From: an uncultured Chloroflexia bacterium | GTDB lineage: Bacteria > Chloroflexota > Limnocylindria > Limnocylindrales > CSP1-4 | DNA length: 64,000 nt | Assembly: GCA_963707215.1 (NCBI GenBank) | Contig: CAVPPB010000002.1 | Location: 384,001 to 448,000, forward strand | Reading direction: 5' to 3' | Shown: positions 1-9,446 of the stretch, piece by piece | Numbering within the stretch: position 1 is the first letter of the stretch | How the letters are laid out: each line of letters opens with the position of its first letter | Program-made: the position numbers and the translations under genes | The notes under the pieces: model-generated | The model's database searches: none | What the model was told of the DNA's origin: nothing | Seen by the model: the letters and a program-made list of their open reading frames with translations, nothing else

Positions 1-1
1 C

Positions 2-556
2 CAGGACGAGGAGGACATCGCCCTCGAGCATGCCGGTGGCTTCCGGATCGTCCGGGCCCCGGCCGGCCGGACCGTCACCGAGCTGGTCGTCGCCGGGGAG
101 CTGGACGCGCTCATCTACCCGGACATGCCGGACCCGCGCGCGCTCGGGGACCGGGTGGTCCCACTCTTCCCGGACGCCAAGCAGGTCGAGATGGAATACG
201 CCCGTCGGACCGGGTTCTTCCCGCTCATGCACACCGTCGTCCTGCGCCGGGAGCTGGACGAGGCCCACCCGTGGGTAGCCCGCGAGCTCCTGGCCGCTTT
301 CGTCACCTCCAAGGACCGGGCGTTCGAAAGGATGGGGGATCCGCGTCGGGTCAGCCTGGCATGGCTGCGGGAGGCGCTCGAGGAGCAGCGGCGGGTCCTG
401 GGTCCGGACCCATGGGCCTATGGACTGCGTCCGAACCGACGGGCGCTCGAGACGATGATCCGCTGGGCGGCCGAGCAGGGCCTGATCGCCGCAAGGTTCG
501 AGCCCGAGTCGCTCTTCACCCCAACGACCCGCGAGGATCTCCCGGCATACGTCTGA
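2..556 (+). CDS. 4,5-dihydroxyphthalate decarboxylase-like / periplasmic-binding-fold protein, 5'-truncated by window edge
   Basis: Frame open from base 2 (..GELDALIYPDMP..). Motifs TGFFPLMHTVVLRRE, HPWVA and DPWAYGLRPNRRALET..EQGL are typical of this family's C-terminus. Confidence 0.7.
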   Translation, partial: QDEEDIALEHAGGFRIVRAPAGRTVTELVVAGELDALIYPDMPDPRALGDRVVPLFPDAKQVEMEYARRTGFFPLMHTVVLRRELDEAHPWVARELLAAFVTSKDRAFERMGDPRRVSLAWLREALEEQRRVLGPDPWAYGLRPNRRALETMIRWAAEQGLIAARFEPESLFTPTTREDLPAYV

Positions 557-600
557 GCCCGGGCCGCCCCGGCTCCCGGTGGCCGGCCCCGGGCCTCTCG

Positions 601-2346
601 TCAGCGGTGAGCGCAGACGACATCGACCAGCGCTGGTCGCTGCTCCTCCAGGACCACCCGGGCGGCTCGTCGGATGGCATCGCCGATGGCATCGGGCCCC
701 TCGATCGGTCCCTCGGCATACCAATCGAAGCCACGGGCGATCGTGGCGAAGTCGGGGGCCGGATCGTCGATGGCGACCCCGACGTGGGCCCTGGCGAGGT
801 CGGTGCCGCGGGCCCGGGCCATCCGGATCTGGTGCTCCCAGTCGTTGAAGTAGGCGCGGTTGTCGTACATCACGACGAGCATCGGGATCCGGTGGGCCGA
901 GGCCACCCAAAGAGCCCCGACGTCGAACATCAGGTCGCCGTCGGGCTGGAGGTCGACGACCAGTCGACCGCTGCCCTTGTGGGCGAGCGCGACGCCGAGC
1001 GAGATCCCGATCTGGGTCGCCGTCCCCTGGCTCCGCCCGGCGTGGCGGTAGCTCCGATCGACGTCCCAGAGTCGAAGCGCCCACTCGCTGGCGGTGCCGG
1101 CCGTGAGGACCCAGTCATGCTCCCGGATCGCCTCCCAGGTCTCGGCTGCCAGGCGCGGTGGGGAGACCGGTCGCTCGTCCCAGCGGCGCCGGGCCGTGGC
1201 CGCCCATCCCGCCCGCGCAGTCGCATGGAGGTCGGCCAGGGCCACCCGACGGGCTTCGCGTTCGGCGGCCCGGCGTTCGCCCTCGGCGGCGATCCGTGCT
1301 GCGACCGACTCGGCCAGTGCAGGCAGCGCGATCGAGCTGTCGGCGATCAGCCTCAGGTCCATCGGGACGGCGGGACCCACGTCGTGGACCCACGAGGAGA
1401 CCTGGAGGTCGTCGAAGCCGAGGCTCACGACCCTGGCGTCGGGGTGGAGCCTCGACCTCGACTCACGGGCGGGCGGGTCGGTGGTCAGCAGGACGCGTGA
1501 CACGTCGCGCATGTCGAGCAGCAGGACCAGATCGGCCTCGCCGATGGCGTCCGTCCCGGTCACGTTCAGGCGATGGGTGCTCGGGACGCTCAGGCGGTCG
1601 TTCGTGTCGATCAGGCCCGCGCCGAGCGTCTCCGCCAGGCGGGGGAGCAGCTCGAAGACGGCCGGATCGCGGCCGGCGAACCCGGACACGATGATCGGTC
1701 GGCTGGCGCCGACGAGCAGGGTCGCCAGCTCCTCGAGGGCGGCCGGGTCGACCCCGATGGGCCTCGCGGGGCCCTGTCGACCCCAGTCGACCGCCGGGAC
1801 CGGGCCATCGAGGGGGCGCTCCTGGAGGTCCGCGTCGAGGGCCAGGTAGACGGGCCCCGTCGGCTCGGCCAGGGCGAGCGAGCGGGCCCGAGCGAAGGCG
1901 GCCGGCATCGCCTCGATCGAGGCCGGCTGGTCATCCCACTTGGTGTACTCCCGGACCGCCGACCCCTGGATGTTGGTGGTGTGGATCCAGTCGATCCACG
2001 GTCGACGTCGGGCCGTGTCCATGGGGCCCGCGCCGCCCAGGACGAGCACCGGGGCGCGGTCCAGGTAGGCCGTGAAGATGCCCAGCGTCCCGTGGAGCAG
2101 CCCGACCGTGTCGTGGAGGATCGCCGCCATCGGCTCATGCGCCGCCTTGGCGTAGCCGTGGGCGATGTTGACGGCCAGCTTCTCGTGGGGGACCAGGATC
2201 ATCTCGGGGGCACCGGCGCGGTTGACGAGGGAGTCGTGAAGCCCCCGGAAGCTGGCTCCCGGGTTCAGGGCCACGTAGCGGATCCCCTGGCCGGCGAGAA
2301 GGTCGACCATCACGTCGGATCCGTATCGCGGGGCGTCGGGTTCCAT
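601..2346 (-). CDS. Thiamine diphosphate-dependent enzyme (benzoylformate decarboxylase/acetolactate synthase superfamily)
   Basis: NPGASFRGLHDSL, HE (catalytic Glu) and ThDP-binding PDGD..(x)n..DN motif; 581 aa. Confidence 0.85.
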   Translation of the reverse strand: MEPDAPRYGSDVMVDLLAGQGIRYVALNPGASFRGLHDSLVNRAGAPEMILVPHEKLAVNIAHGYAKAAHEPMAAILHDTVGLLHGTLGIFTAYLDRAPVLVLGGAGPMDTARRRPWIDWIHTTNIQGSAVREYTKWDDQPASIEAMPAAFARARSLALAEPTGPVYLALDADLQERPLDGPVPAVDWGRQGPARPIGVDPAALEELATLLVGASRPIIVSGFAGRDPAVFELLPRLAETLGAGLIDTNDRLSVPSTHRLNVTGTDAIGEADLVLLLDMRDVSRVLLTTDPPARESRSRLHPDARVVSLGFDDLQVSSWVHDVGPAVPMDLRLIADSSIALPALAESVAARIAAEGERRAAEREARRVALADLHATARAGWAATARRRWDERPVSPPRLAAETWEAIREHDWVLTAGTASEWALRLWDVDRSYRHAGRSQGTATQIGISLGVALAHKGSGRLVVDLQPDGDLMFDVGALWVASAHRIPMLVVMYDNRAYFNDWEHQIRMARARGTDLARAHVGVAIDDPAPDFATIARGFDWYAEGPIEGPDAIGDAIRRAARVVLEEQRPALVDVVCAHR

Positions 2347-2408
2347 GGCGGTCGAGGCCCTCGTTCGGACGGTTGGTGTACCGCTGCATACGCTACCATG
2401 GCGCGGTC

Positions 2409-2966
2409 ATGCGACCGACGCCGCAGCGGCACATCCAGATAGCGATCGAGGTCAACGGACAGGCGGTCGAGCGGACCGTGCCGACCGACCTGCGCCTCAT
2501 CGACCTCCTGCGCGACGATCTAGAGCTGACCGGGACCAAGGAGGGTTGCGCGGTCGGTGTCTGCGGCGCCTGCACCGTCCTCCTCGATGGCCAGCCGGTC
2601 TCGGCATGTCTGCTCCTGGCCGTCCAGGTGGATGGGCGTCGGCTTGCCACGATCGAGGGACTCCGCGCGGAGGACGGGACGCTGACCCCGGTCCAGGCCG
2701 CCTTCATCCGCCACGGCGGCTTCCAGTGCGGGATCTGCACGCCGGGCCAGGTGATGGCCGCCTCGGCCCTCCTCGCCGAGGACCCGACCCCGGATGACGA
2801 TCGGATCCGCGAGTGGATGACCGGCAACCTCTGCCGCTGCACCGGCTACTACGGCATCGTCGCCTCGATCCGTGCCGCCGCCGGGCTGCCACCCCAGCCG
2901 TCGCTCCGGCCGCCAGGACCTGTCGCGCCCCGGGATCCGTCGACGGATGAGAGGGCGGCTGGGTGA
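2409..2966 (+). CDS. (2Fe-2S) small subunit, CoxS/XdhC-type Mo-hydroxylase #1
   Basis: GTKEGCAVGVCGACTV, FQCGICTPG, GNLCRCTGY. Start placed at ATG 2409. Confidence 0.92.
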   Translation: MRPTPQRHIQIAIEVNGQAVERTVPTDLRLIDLLRDDLELTGTKEGCAVGVCGACTVLLDGQPVSACLLLAVQVDGRRLATIEGLRAEDGTLTPVQAAFIRHGGFQCGICTPGQVMAASALLAEDPTPDDDRIREWMTGNLCRCTGYYGIVASIRAAAGLPPQPSLRPPGPVAPRDPSTDERAAG

Positions 2967-3832
2967 GCGGCTTCCGCTACGAGCGCCCCGGAGACCTGGA
3001 GGCAGCACTCGGGCTCCTGGAACGTCACGGTGACGAAGCGCACCTGCTGGCGGGTGGGACGTCGTTCATGCTCCTGTACCGCCAGGGCCTGATCGACCCG
3101 GAGGTGGTCGTCGACCTGGCCGGCGTCGAGTCCCTTCGTGGCATCCGGCGACTCGATGACGGGTCGGTCGAGGTCGGAGCGCTCTGCAGCCTCCGCGAGA
3201 TCGAGACCGACGAGCTCCTCGGCTCGGCCCTGCCGGTCCTCGCCCGGACGGTGGCCCGGGTCGCCACGATCCGCATCCGCAACCAGGCCACCATCGGCGG
3301 GAACCTCGTCCACGCCGATCCGGCCCAGGACCCGCCACCGGTACTGCTGACCCTCGATGCTTCCGTGGTCGTCCGGGGCCCGACCGGTGAGCGGATCCTG
3401 CCGCTCCATGGGTTCTTCGTCGACGTCTTCGAGACGGTCGTCGAGCCCGGTGAGATCGTCACCGCGATCCGGGTTCCCCTCCCGCCGCCCGGGAGCCGGC
3501 TCGGCTACCGCAAGTTCCTGCCGCGGACCGTGGACGACTACGCCACGGTCAGCGTGGCCGGTCGGCTGGACGTCGATCCCGACGGCACGATCAGCGACGC
3601 CCGCCTGTTCCTCGGGGCGGTCGGACCGACGCCGATCCGGGCGACCGCCGCAGAGGATGCCGTGCGCGGCGCTCGGGTCGCCGACCTCGATCCGGCGATC
3701 GTCGGCCCGCTCGTCATCGGATCCGTCGATCCGGTCGACGACGTTCGCGGTTCGGCTGACTACAAGCGCGAGATGGCGGCGGTCTGGGCGGTCCGGCTGG
3801 TGGGTTCACTGTGCTCGGAGAACCCGGCGTGA
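2963..3832 (+). CDS. FAD-binding medium subunit (CoxM/CutM-like), Mo-hydroxylase #1
   Basis: LAGGTS, IRNQATIGGN, DDVRGSADYK; GTGA overlap with upstream gene. Confidence 0.92.
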   Translation: MSGFRYERPGDLEAALGLLERHGDEAHLLAGGTSFMLLYRQGLIDPEVVVDLAGVESLRGIRRLDDGSVEVGALCSLREIETDELLGSALPVLARTVARVATIRIRNQATIGGNLVHADPAQDPPPVLLTLDASVVVRGPTGERILPLHGFFVDVFETVVEPGEIVTAIRVPLPPPGSRLGYRKFLPRTVDDYATVSVAGRLDVDPDGTISDARLFLGAVGPTPIRATAAEDAVRGARVADLDPAIVGPLVIGSVDPVDDVRGSADYKREMAAVWAVRLVGSLCSENPA

Positions 3833-6126
3833 GCACGTCCCGACCGGCGCCGGATGCCGGGACCCTGGAGGCCCTCCGTCGCCCCGAGGAACGGATCGAG
3901 GGCCGGGCGAAGGTGACCGGCGCGGCGCGCTACGCTGCCGATCGCCTCCCGGCGGGCGCCCTGTGGGCCCGGTTCATGGGCAGCCCGCTGCCCCATGCCC
4001 GCATCCGGTCGATCGACGCGAGCCGCGCCCGGGCCATGCCGGGCGTCCACGCCGTCCTGACCGGCGAGGATCTCCGGGGCATCCGGTTCGGACGCCGACT
4101 GCAGGACCGCCCGCTGCTCGCCTGGGACCGTGTCCTGTTCGTCGGGGACCGGCTGGCCGCGGTCGCGGCGGAAACGCCGGAGCAGGCCGAGGCCGCCCTT
4201 GCCGAGATCGAGGTCGATCTCGAGGAGCTGCCGCCTATCCTCGACCTCCGTGACGCACAGGACGACGACGCCCCGGTACTCCACCCGGAGGCTGCCGAGT
4301 ACCGCTACCTCGACGGTGAGCGGCCCGCGGTGCCGCATCCCAACGTCCAGGGACGCCTGACCGTCGACCGCGGAGCCGAGGACCTCGACGCCGTCTTCGC
4401 CGGCGCGGCGGAGATCCACGAGCATCGCTTCTCAACGCCGCGCCAGCACGCCGCCTACATCGAGCCGCACGCAACGGCGGTCTGGATCGATGGGGACGGG
4501 GTCGTCCACGTCATCACCACGAACAAGGCGCCGTACACCCTCCGCAAGCAGATGGCCGCGGCGCTCGACCTGCCGGCTGACCGGATCATCGTCGACGCCG
4601 AGTACATCGGGGGCGACTTCGGCGGCAAGGGCTACTCGATCGACGAGTACGGTTGCTGGGCCCTGGCCAGGGCGACCGGGCGGCCGGTCCGATCGATCAC
4701 CCGCTACGCCGATGAGCTCGGCGCCCTCAACGTGCGGCACGCCTCGGAGATCCGCCTGCGGACGGCGCTCGATGCCGACGGTCGCCTCCTGGCTCACGAG
4801 GCCGTTGTGATCCTCGACGGCGGAGCGTACGCCTCCGCCAAGCCGCTGCCCCACCTGGCCCTGGCCGGCGCCATCGCCAGCCTGGCCGCGTATCGGGTCC
4901 CGAATGCCCGGATCGACGTCCGGACCGTCTACACGAACACCGTCCCCGGCGGCCACATGCGGACCCCCGGCGAGGTGCAGGCGCTCTTCGCAGGGGAGTC
5001 TCATCTCGACGGGATCGCCCGGGCCCGGGGCGAGGACCCGCTGGCCTTCCGCCTGCGCAATGCGGTCACGACCGGCGACGAGGGTGCCGGCGGCCAGCGC
5101 TTCCGGGAGGCGCGCGCGGTCGAGGTCCTGGAGGCCGTGCGGGATGCGCTGCCCTGGGATCGGCCGCTGCCGCCGGACCACGGCCGAGGCGTCGCCCTGA
5201 GTGCCCGTCACGTCGGTGGCGGGAAGATGCCCCTGGCCCTCGTCCTCTCGGCCGACGGCCGCATCGAGGTCCTGACCGGGCTGGCTGACCAGGGTGGCGG
5301 TGCCTGGACGGTCATCGAGCGCGTGCTGGCCGCCTCGCTATCGCTTGACGAGGCTCGGATCACCGTCCGTCACGTTCCGACCAGCGAGTCACCCTTCGAT
5401 CCCGGGATCGGCGGGAGCCGGGTCACGCACATCGCGAGCCGCTCGGCGGAGCTCCTCGCCGACCAGCTCCGCGAGTGGTTGGACGAGCGTCTTCCGGCGG
5501 CGCTCCCGGGCGCGCGGGATGGGGTCGTCCTGCGCGGTGAGCGCTTCGTCGACCGGACGACGGGCACCACCCTCGCGACCTTCGACGAGGTCGTGGCCCT
5601 GGTCGTCCGTCCCGACGAGCCGGTCCGGCTCTCGGCGACCTACGTGACCGAAGCCCACGGCGAGGACGAGGGCGGCGACTATGACTTCGGGGCGTGCGCG
5701 GTCGTCGTCCACGTGGACCGCGCGACGGGCGAGGTCCGTGTCATCGATGCGCTCCTGGTCGCCGACGTCGGGACGATCATCAACCCGGTCGCGCACCGAG
5801 GGCAGCTGGAGGGTGGGTTCATCTTCGGTCTCGGCGGCGCGCTCATGGAGGAGCTCGTCATGGATGGTGGAGCCGTGACGACCCTCAGCCTCGCCGACAT
5901 GAAGATCCCGTCGATCGGGGACGTGCCGCCCCTCCGCGTGGTGGAGTTGCCGACGACCATCGGGCCAGGGGCGTTCGGCGCCAAGATGGCCGGCGAGCTG
6001 ACCAATGCGCCGGTGGCGCCGGCGATCGCCAATGCCGTTGCCGACGCCATCGGGGTCCGCATCGTCGACCTGCCGATCAGCGCCGAGCGGGTCCACCGGG
6101 CGCTTCGGGAGTCCGGGCGCCACTGA
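3829..6126 (+). CDS. Xanthine dehydrogenase-family molybdopterin-binding large subunit #1
   Basis: KVTGAARYAAD, YIEPH, GGDFGGK, GQLEGG, AKMAGE. Active-site loop is HMRTPG, not CODH AYRCSFR. Confidence 0.92.
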   Translation: MSTSRPAPDAGTLEALRRPEERIEGRAKVTGAARYAADRLPAGALWARFMGSPLPHARIRSIDASRARAMPGVHAVLTGEDLRGIRFGRRLQDRPLLAWDRVLFVGDRLAAVAAETPEQAEAALAEIEVDLEELPPILDLRDAQDDDAPVLHPEAAEYRYLDGERPAVPHPNVQGRLTVDRGAEDLDAVFAGAAEIHEHRFSTPRQHAAYIEPHATAVWIDGDGVVHVITTNKAPYTLRKQMAAALDLPADRIIVDAEYIGGDFGGKGYSIDEYGCWALARATGRPVRSITRYADELGALNVRHASEIRLRTALDADGRLLAHEAVVILDGGAYASAKPLPHLALAGAIASLAAYRVPNARIDVRTVYTNTVPGGHMRTPGEVQALFAGESHLDGIARARGEDPLAFRLRNAVTTGDEGAGGQRFREARAVEVLEAVRDALPWDRPLPPDHGRGVALSARHVGGGKMPLALVLSADGRIEVLTGLADQGGGAWTVIERVLAASLSLDEARITVRHVPTSESPFDPGIGGSRVTHIASRSAELLADQLREWLDERLPAALPGARDGVVLRGERFVDRTTGTTLATFDEVVALVVRPDEPVRLSATYVTEAHGEDEGGDYDFGACAVVVHVDRATGEVRVIDALLVADVGTIINPVAHRGQLEGGFIFGLGGALMEELVMDGGAVTTLSLADMKIPSIGDVPPLRVVELPTTIGPGAFGAKMAGELTNAPVAPAIANAVADAIGVRIVDLPISAERVHRALRESGRH

Positions 6127-6174
6127 CGCGGCCGGCGCCGGCCGGCGGCAGGCGTCCCGTGCCGGTCCCGACGA

Positions 6175-6852
6175 TCAGCCCTCGCTGTCCTTCGTTCGCC
6201 GGGAGCGCCGCCGCTGCTCCGGACCCTCCCAGCGTGGTGCCATCCGATGGTCGGTCCGGATCCCAAGGGTGTCGATCAACCGAGCGACCGTGTGGTCGAT
6301 CAGCTGGTCGATCGAGGTCGGGCGATTGTAGAAGGCCGGCGCAGGCGGGAAGATCGTCGCCCCGATCTCGCACGCCTGGACCATCAGCCGAAGATGTCCG
6401 AGGTGGAGCGGGGCTTCCCGGGGCACGAGCACCAGCGGGCGCCGTTCCTTGAGGGTGACGTCGGCGGCGCGTTCGATCAGGTTGTCGCTCGTCGACAGGG
6501 CGATCCCGGACAACGTGCCCATGGAGCAGGGGACCACGATCATCGCGTCGATCGGGAACGAGCCGCTGGAGATCGACGCGGCGATGTCCCCGAAGCGGTA
6601 GCTGACCGAGGCCAGGGCTTCCACGTCACCTGGATCGCGGTCGGTCTCGAGCTGGATCGTCTGGCGGGCGGCTGCGCTCAGGACGAGGTGCGTCTCGACG
6701 TCCTCGAGCTCGGCGAGCGTCTCCAGGAGGCGGATGCCGTAGACGACGCCGCTGGCGCCGGACATCCCGACGACGAGGCGGAACGGCTCGAGCGGACCAC
6801 GGGTGTGTCGAGCCATCGGGCGGCTCGCTGGTCGGGGCTTCTCCTCGGGCAT
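6175..6852 (-). CDS. ubiX: Flavin prenyltransferase UbiX
   Basis: GMSGASG, ISSGS, PCSMGTL, RAADVTLKERRPLVLVPREAP, PAFY. Confidence 0.95.
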   Translation of the reverse strand: MPEEKPRPASRPMARHTRGPLEPFRLVVGMSGASGVVYGIRLLETLAELEDVETHLVLSAAARQTIQLETDRDPGDVEALASVSYRFGDIAASISSGSFPIDAMIVVPCSMGTLSGIALSTSDNLIERAADVTLKERRPLVLVPREAPLHLGHLRLMVQACEIGATIFPPAPAFYNRPTSIDQLIDHTVARLIDTLGIRTDHRMAPRWEGPEQRRRSRRTKDSEG

Positions 6853-7117
6853 GTCTCGATCCTATCCGTCCACACACGAACCTGCGCGGCCGCTGGTGGC
6901 CGATCCACCGGTAGGGACCCGCATTTGCCGGTTGCCAGCCGGCAAGGCTCCATGGTACACATGGTGCGCTGACGAGTGCGACGGTATGCAGCGCTGCGAT
7001 TCGACTGCGTCCGCCGTGCCCGCGAGGAACTCCGGCCGTCGGCCGATCCTCGGGCGGCGGGGAAGGGACCCATCGCTCGATCGCGTCGACCTTCGTCCGG
7101 ACGAGGAGGAGCGTCTC

Positions 7118-8212
7118 ATGCTCGATCGGTTCGGCCGGTCCAGGTGGCTGGCCATCGTCGCGGTCGCGGGACTTGCGGTCGCCGCCTGCACCGGGGGCGC
7201 CACCCCGGAGCCGTCCCCTGAGCCTTCGACCGCTCCGGCGTCGTCCGAGCCGAGCGCGGAGCCGAGCGCCGACCCGAAGGCCGCCCGCGACCAGATCTGC
7301 GCGGAGGCGGCGGCCGAGGAGGGCGAGCTCGTCTACTGGAGCAACTTCGCCAACCCCGACCCCATCCTCGATGCGTTCAGCGAGCAGTACCCGGGGATCG
7401 AGGTCCAGGACCTGGCCAACCACCCGGATGACTTCGTCCAGGCGATGCTGACCGAGCTGTCGGCTGGACGCTCTCCGAGCGCCGACATCATGTACGGCGA
7501 GCTGAACGTCCTGAAGCCGCTCATCGATCTGGGTGCCATCGACGACTCCATCGACTGGGTGTCCTATGGGGTCCCTGAGGAGCTCATCCCGCCCCCGGCC
7601 AATGTCGTCCGCCTCTACCGGATCGCCGGCGGGATCGTCTACAACACCAACAATCACAGCCCCGAGGATCTCCCCGATACCTGGGAAGAGCTCATCGACC
7701 CGCAGTGGGAGAACCAGATCGTCGTCGACCCGCGCGGCCGGCCGTTCGACCAGCTGTCCCTGATCTGGGGCCATGACGAGACCATCGACTACGTCACCCG
7801 GCTGAACGATCTGAAGCCCATCGTCATCAGGGGCGGCACCGCCGGCATGCTGGCCGTCGCCTCGGAGCAGGCGGCCATCACGACCGGTGGCCGCTCGGCC
7901 GAGACGCTCGAGCAGCAGGACGCCGGTGCCCCGCTCGACATCAAGTACCTCGACGTCATCACGACCCTCGACACGTTCAACATGGTGCCGAAGGACGTCG
8001 CCCATCCCAAGGCGGCGATCTGCATGGTCTCGTGGCTAGCCACCGACGGCCAGGCCATCCACGACGAGGCCGAGTTCAAGGCCAACGTCACCGTCCCGCC
8101 GGGCACGCCGGAAGGCGCCGAGTTCTCCGACGTGGTGACGACCGAGGACGCCGAGGCGGTCGGTGCCATCGGCGAGGAGATCGGCGCGATCTTCGCCGGC
8201 ACCGGCGGCTGA
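7118..8212 (+). CDS. ABC transporter substrate-binding lipoprotein (Fe3+/thiamine/polyamine SBP cluster)
   Basis: RBS GAGGAGG before ATG 7118; lipobox VAAC; Pro/Ser linker; EGELVYW, YNT..PDTWEEL, HPKAA. Confidence 0.85.
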   Translation: MLDRFGRSRWLAIVAVAGLAVAACTGGATPEPSPEPSTAPASSEPSAEPSADPKAARDQICAEAAAEEGELVYWSNFANPDPILDAFSEQYPGIEVQDLANHPDDFVQAMLTELSAGRSPSADIMYGELNVLKPLIDLGAIDDSIDWVSYGVPEELIPPPANVVRLYRIAGGIVYNTNNHSPEDLPDTWEELIDPQWENQIVVDPRGRPFDQLSLIWGHDETIDYVTRLNDLKPIVIRGGTAGMLAVASEQAAITTGGRSAETLEQQDAGAPLDIKYLDVITTLDTFNMVPKDVAHPKAAICMVSWLATDGQAIHDEAEFKANVTVPPGTPEGAEFSDVVTTEDAEAVGAIGEEIGAIFAGTGG

Positions 8213-8312
8213 TCCTCCGACCGACGCCTGCCGGGACGTCGGTGCTCGACCATCGCGATGGGGTGGGCCGCCAGGCCCGCCCCATCGTGTCTAGGGAGCG
8301 AGACCCAGGGCC

Positions 8313-9446
8313 GTGATCCAAGTCGACGATCTCTCGAAGACATACCCGAACCAGAAGGTTCCCGCCGTGGACGGGGTGAGCTTCACGGTCCCGCAGGGTG
8401 GCTTCTACACCCTGCTCGGCCCCAGTGGCTGCGGCAAGACGACGACCCTCCGCTGCATCGCCGGGCTCGAGCGGCCCGAGGCCGGGCGGATCCAGCTGGG
8501 CGAGACGGTGGTCGTCTCCGATTCCGTCTACATCCCGACGAACCGCCGGGACATCGGGATGGTCTTCCAGAGCTACGCGGTCTGGCCCCACATGACCGTC
8601 TTCGACAACGTCGCCTTCCCGCTGAAGGTCGGCGGCCGGAAGGTGCCCAGGTCCGACGTCGAGGAGAAGGTCCTCGACGCTCTGGCACTCGTTGGCCTGG
8701 CCGGATTCGAGCGGCGCATGGCGACCCAGCTCTCGGGCGGGCAGCAGCAGCGCCTCTCGGTCGCCCGGGCACTGGTCCGCGAGCCCGACGTCCTGCTGCT
8801 CGACGAGCCGCTGTCGAATCTCGACGCCAAGCTCCGTGAGCGGATGCGGAGCGAGCTCCTGCTCATCCAGCGCCGCGTCGGCATCACGACGCTGTTCGTG
8901 ACCCACGATCAGGTCGAGGCGCTCTCCATGTCCGAGACGATCGCGGTGATGGACCGCGGCAGGATCATCCAGGAGGGTCCCCCACGGGACATCTACCACT
9001 CGCCGGCCAGCGAGTTCGTGGCCGGCTTCATCGGCTCCACGAACCTCCTCCAAGGCACGGTCGGGGCCCGCGATGCCGCCACCGGCCTGGCGTCGCTCCA
9101 GACGCAGGTCGGGCTGCTCCGGGCCGAGGCCGCCGGGCTCTCCGCCGGGGAGCCGGCGGTCGTGGCGATCCGCCCCGAGGACATCGTCCTCCACCGTGGC
9201 GAGCGGCATGGCGGCGACGTTGCCGGCCGAGCTGACGTCCTCACGGGTGAGATCGAGATCGGCCTCTTCATCGGCACCTCGGTCGAGTACCACGTGAAGG
9301 TCGAGGGCGTCCTGATGCAGGCGCGAGTCAACTCGCGGATCGACCTGCGGCCCGGGGACCGGGTCGGGGTCGAGTTCCCGCCGGACGCGGTCCACGCCTT
9401 CCGGATCGAGGGCGAGGCCCAGGGCGCGAACGCCGCCGCCCGATGA
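8313..9446 (+). CDS. ABC transporter ATP-binding protein (PotA/FbpC type, TOBE domain)
   Basis: GPSGCGKT, VFQSYAVWPHM, LSGGQQQR, LLLDEPLSNLDAKLR. Confidence 0.95.
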   Translation: MIQVDDLSKTYPNQKVPAVDGVSFTVPQGGFYTLLGPSGCGKTTTLRCIAGLERPEAGRIQLGETVVVSDSVYIPTNRRDIGMVFQSYAVWPHMTVFDNVAFPLKVGGRKVPRSDVEEKVLDALALVGLAGFERRMATQLSGGQQQRLSVARALVREPDVLLLDEPLSNLDAKLRERMRSELLLIQRRVGITTLFVTHDQVEALSMSETIAVMDRGRIIQEGPPRDIYHSPASEFVAGFIGSTNLLQGTVGARDAATGLASLQTQVGLLRAEAAGLSAGEPAVVAIRPEDIVLHRGERHGGDVAGRADVLTGEIEIGLFIGTSVEYHVKVEGVLMQARVNSRIDLRPGDRVGVEFPPDAVHAFRIEGEAQGANAAAR

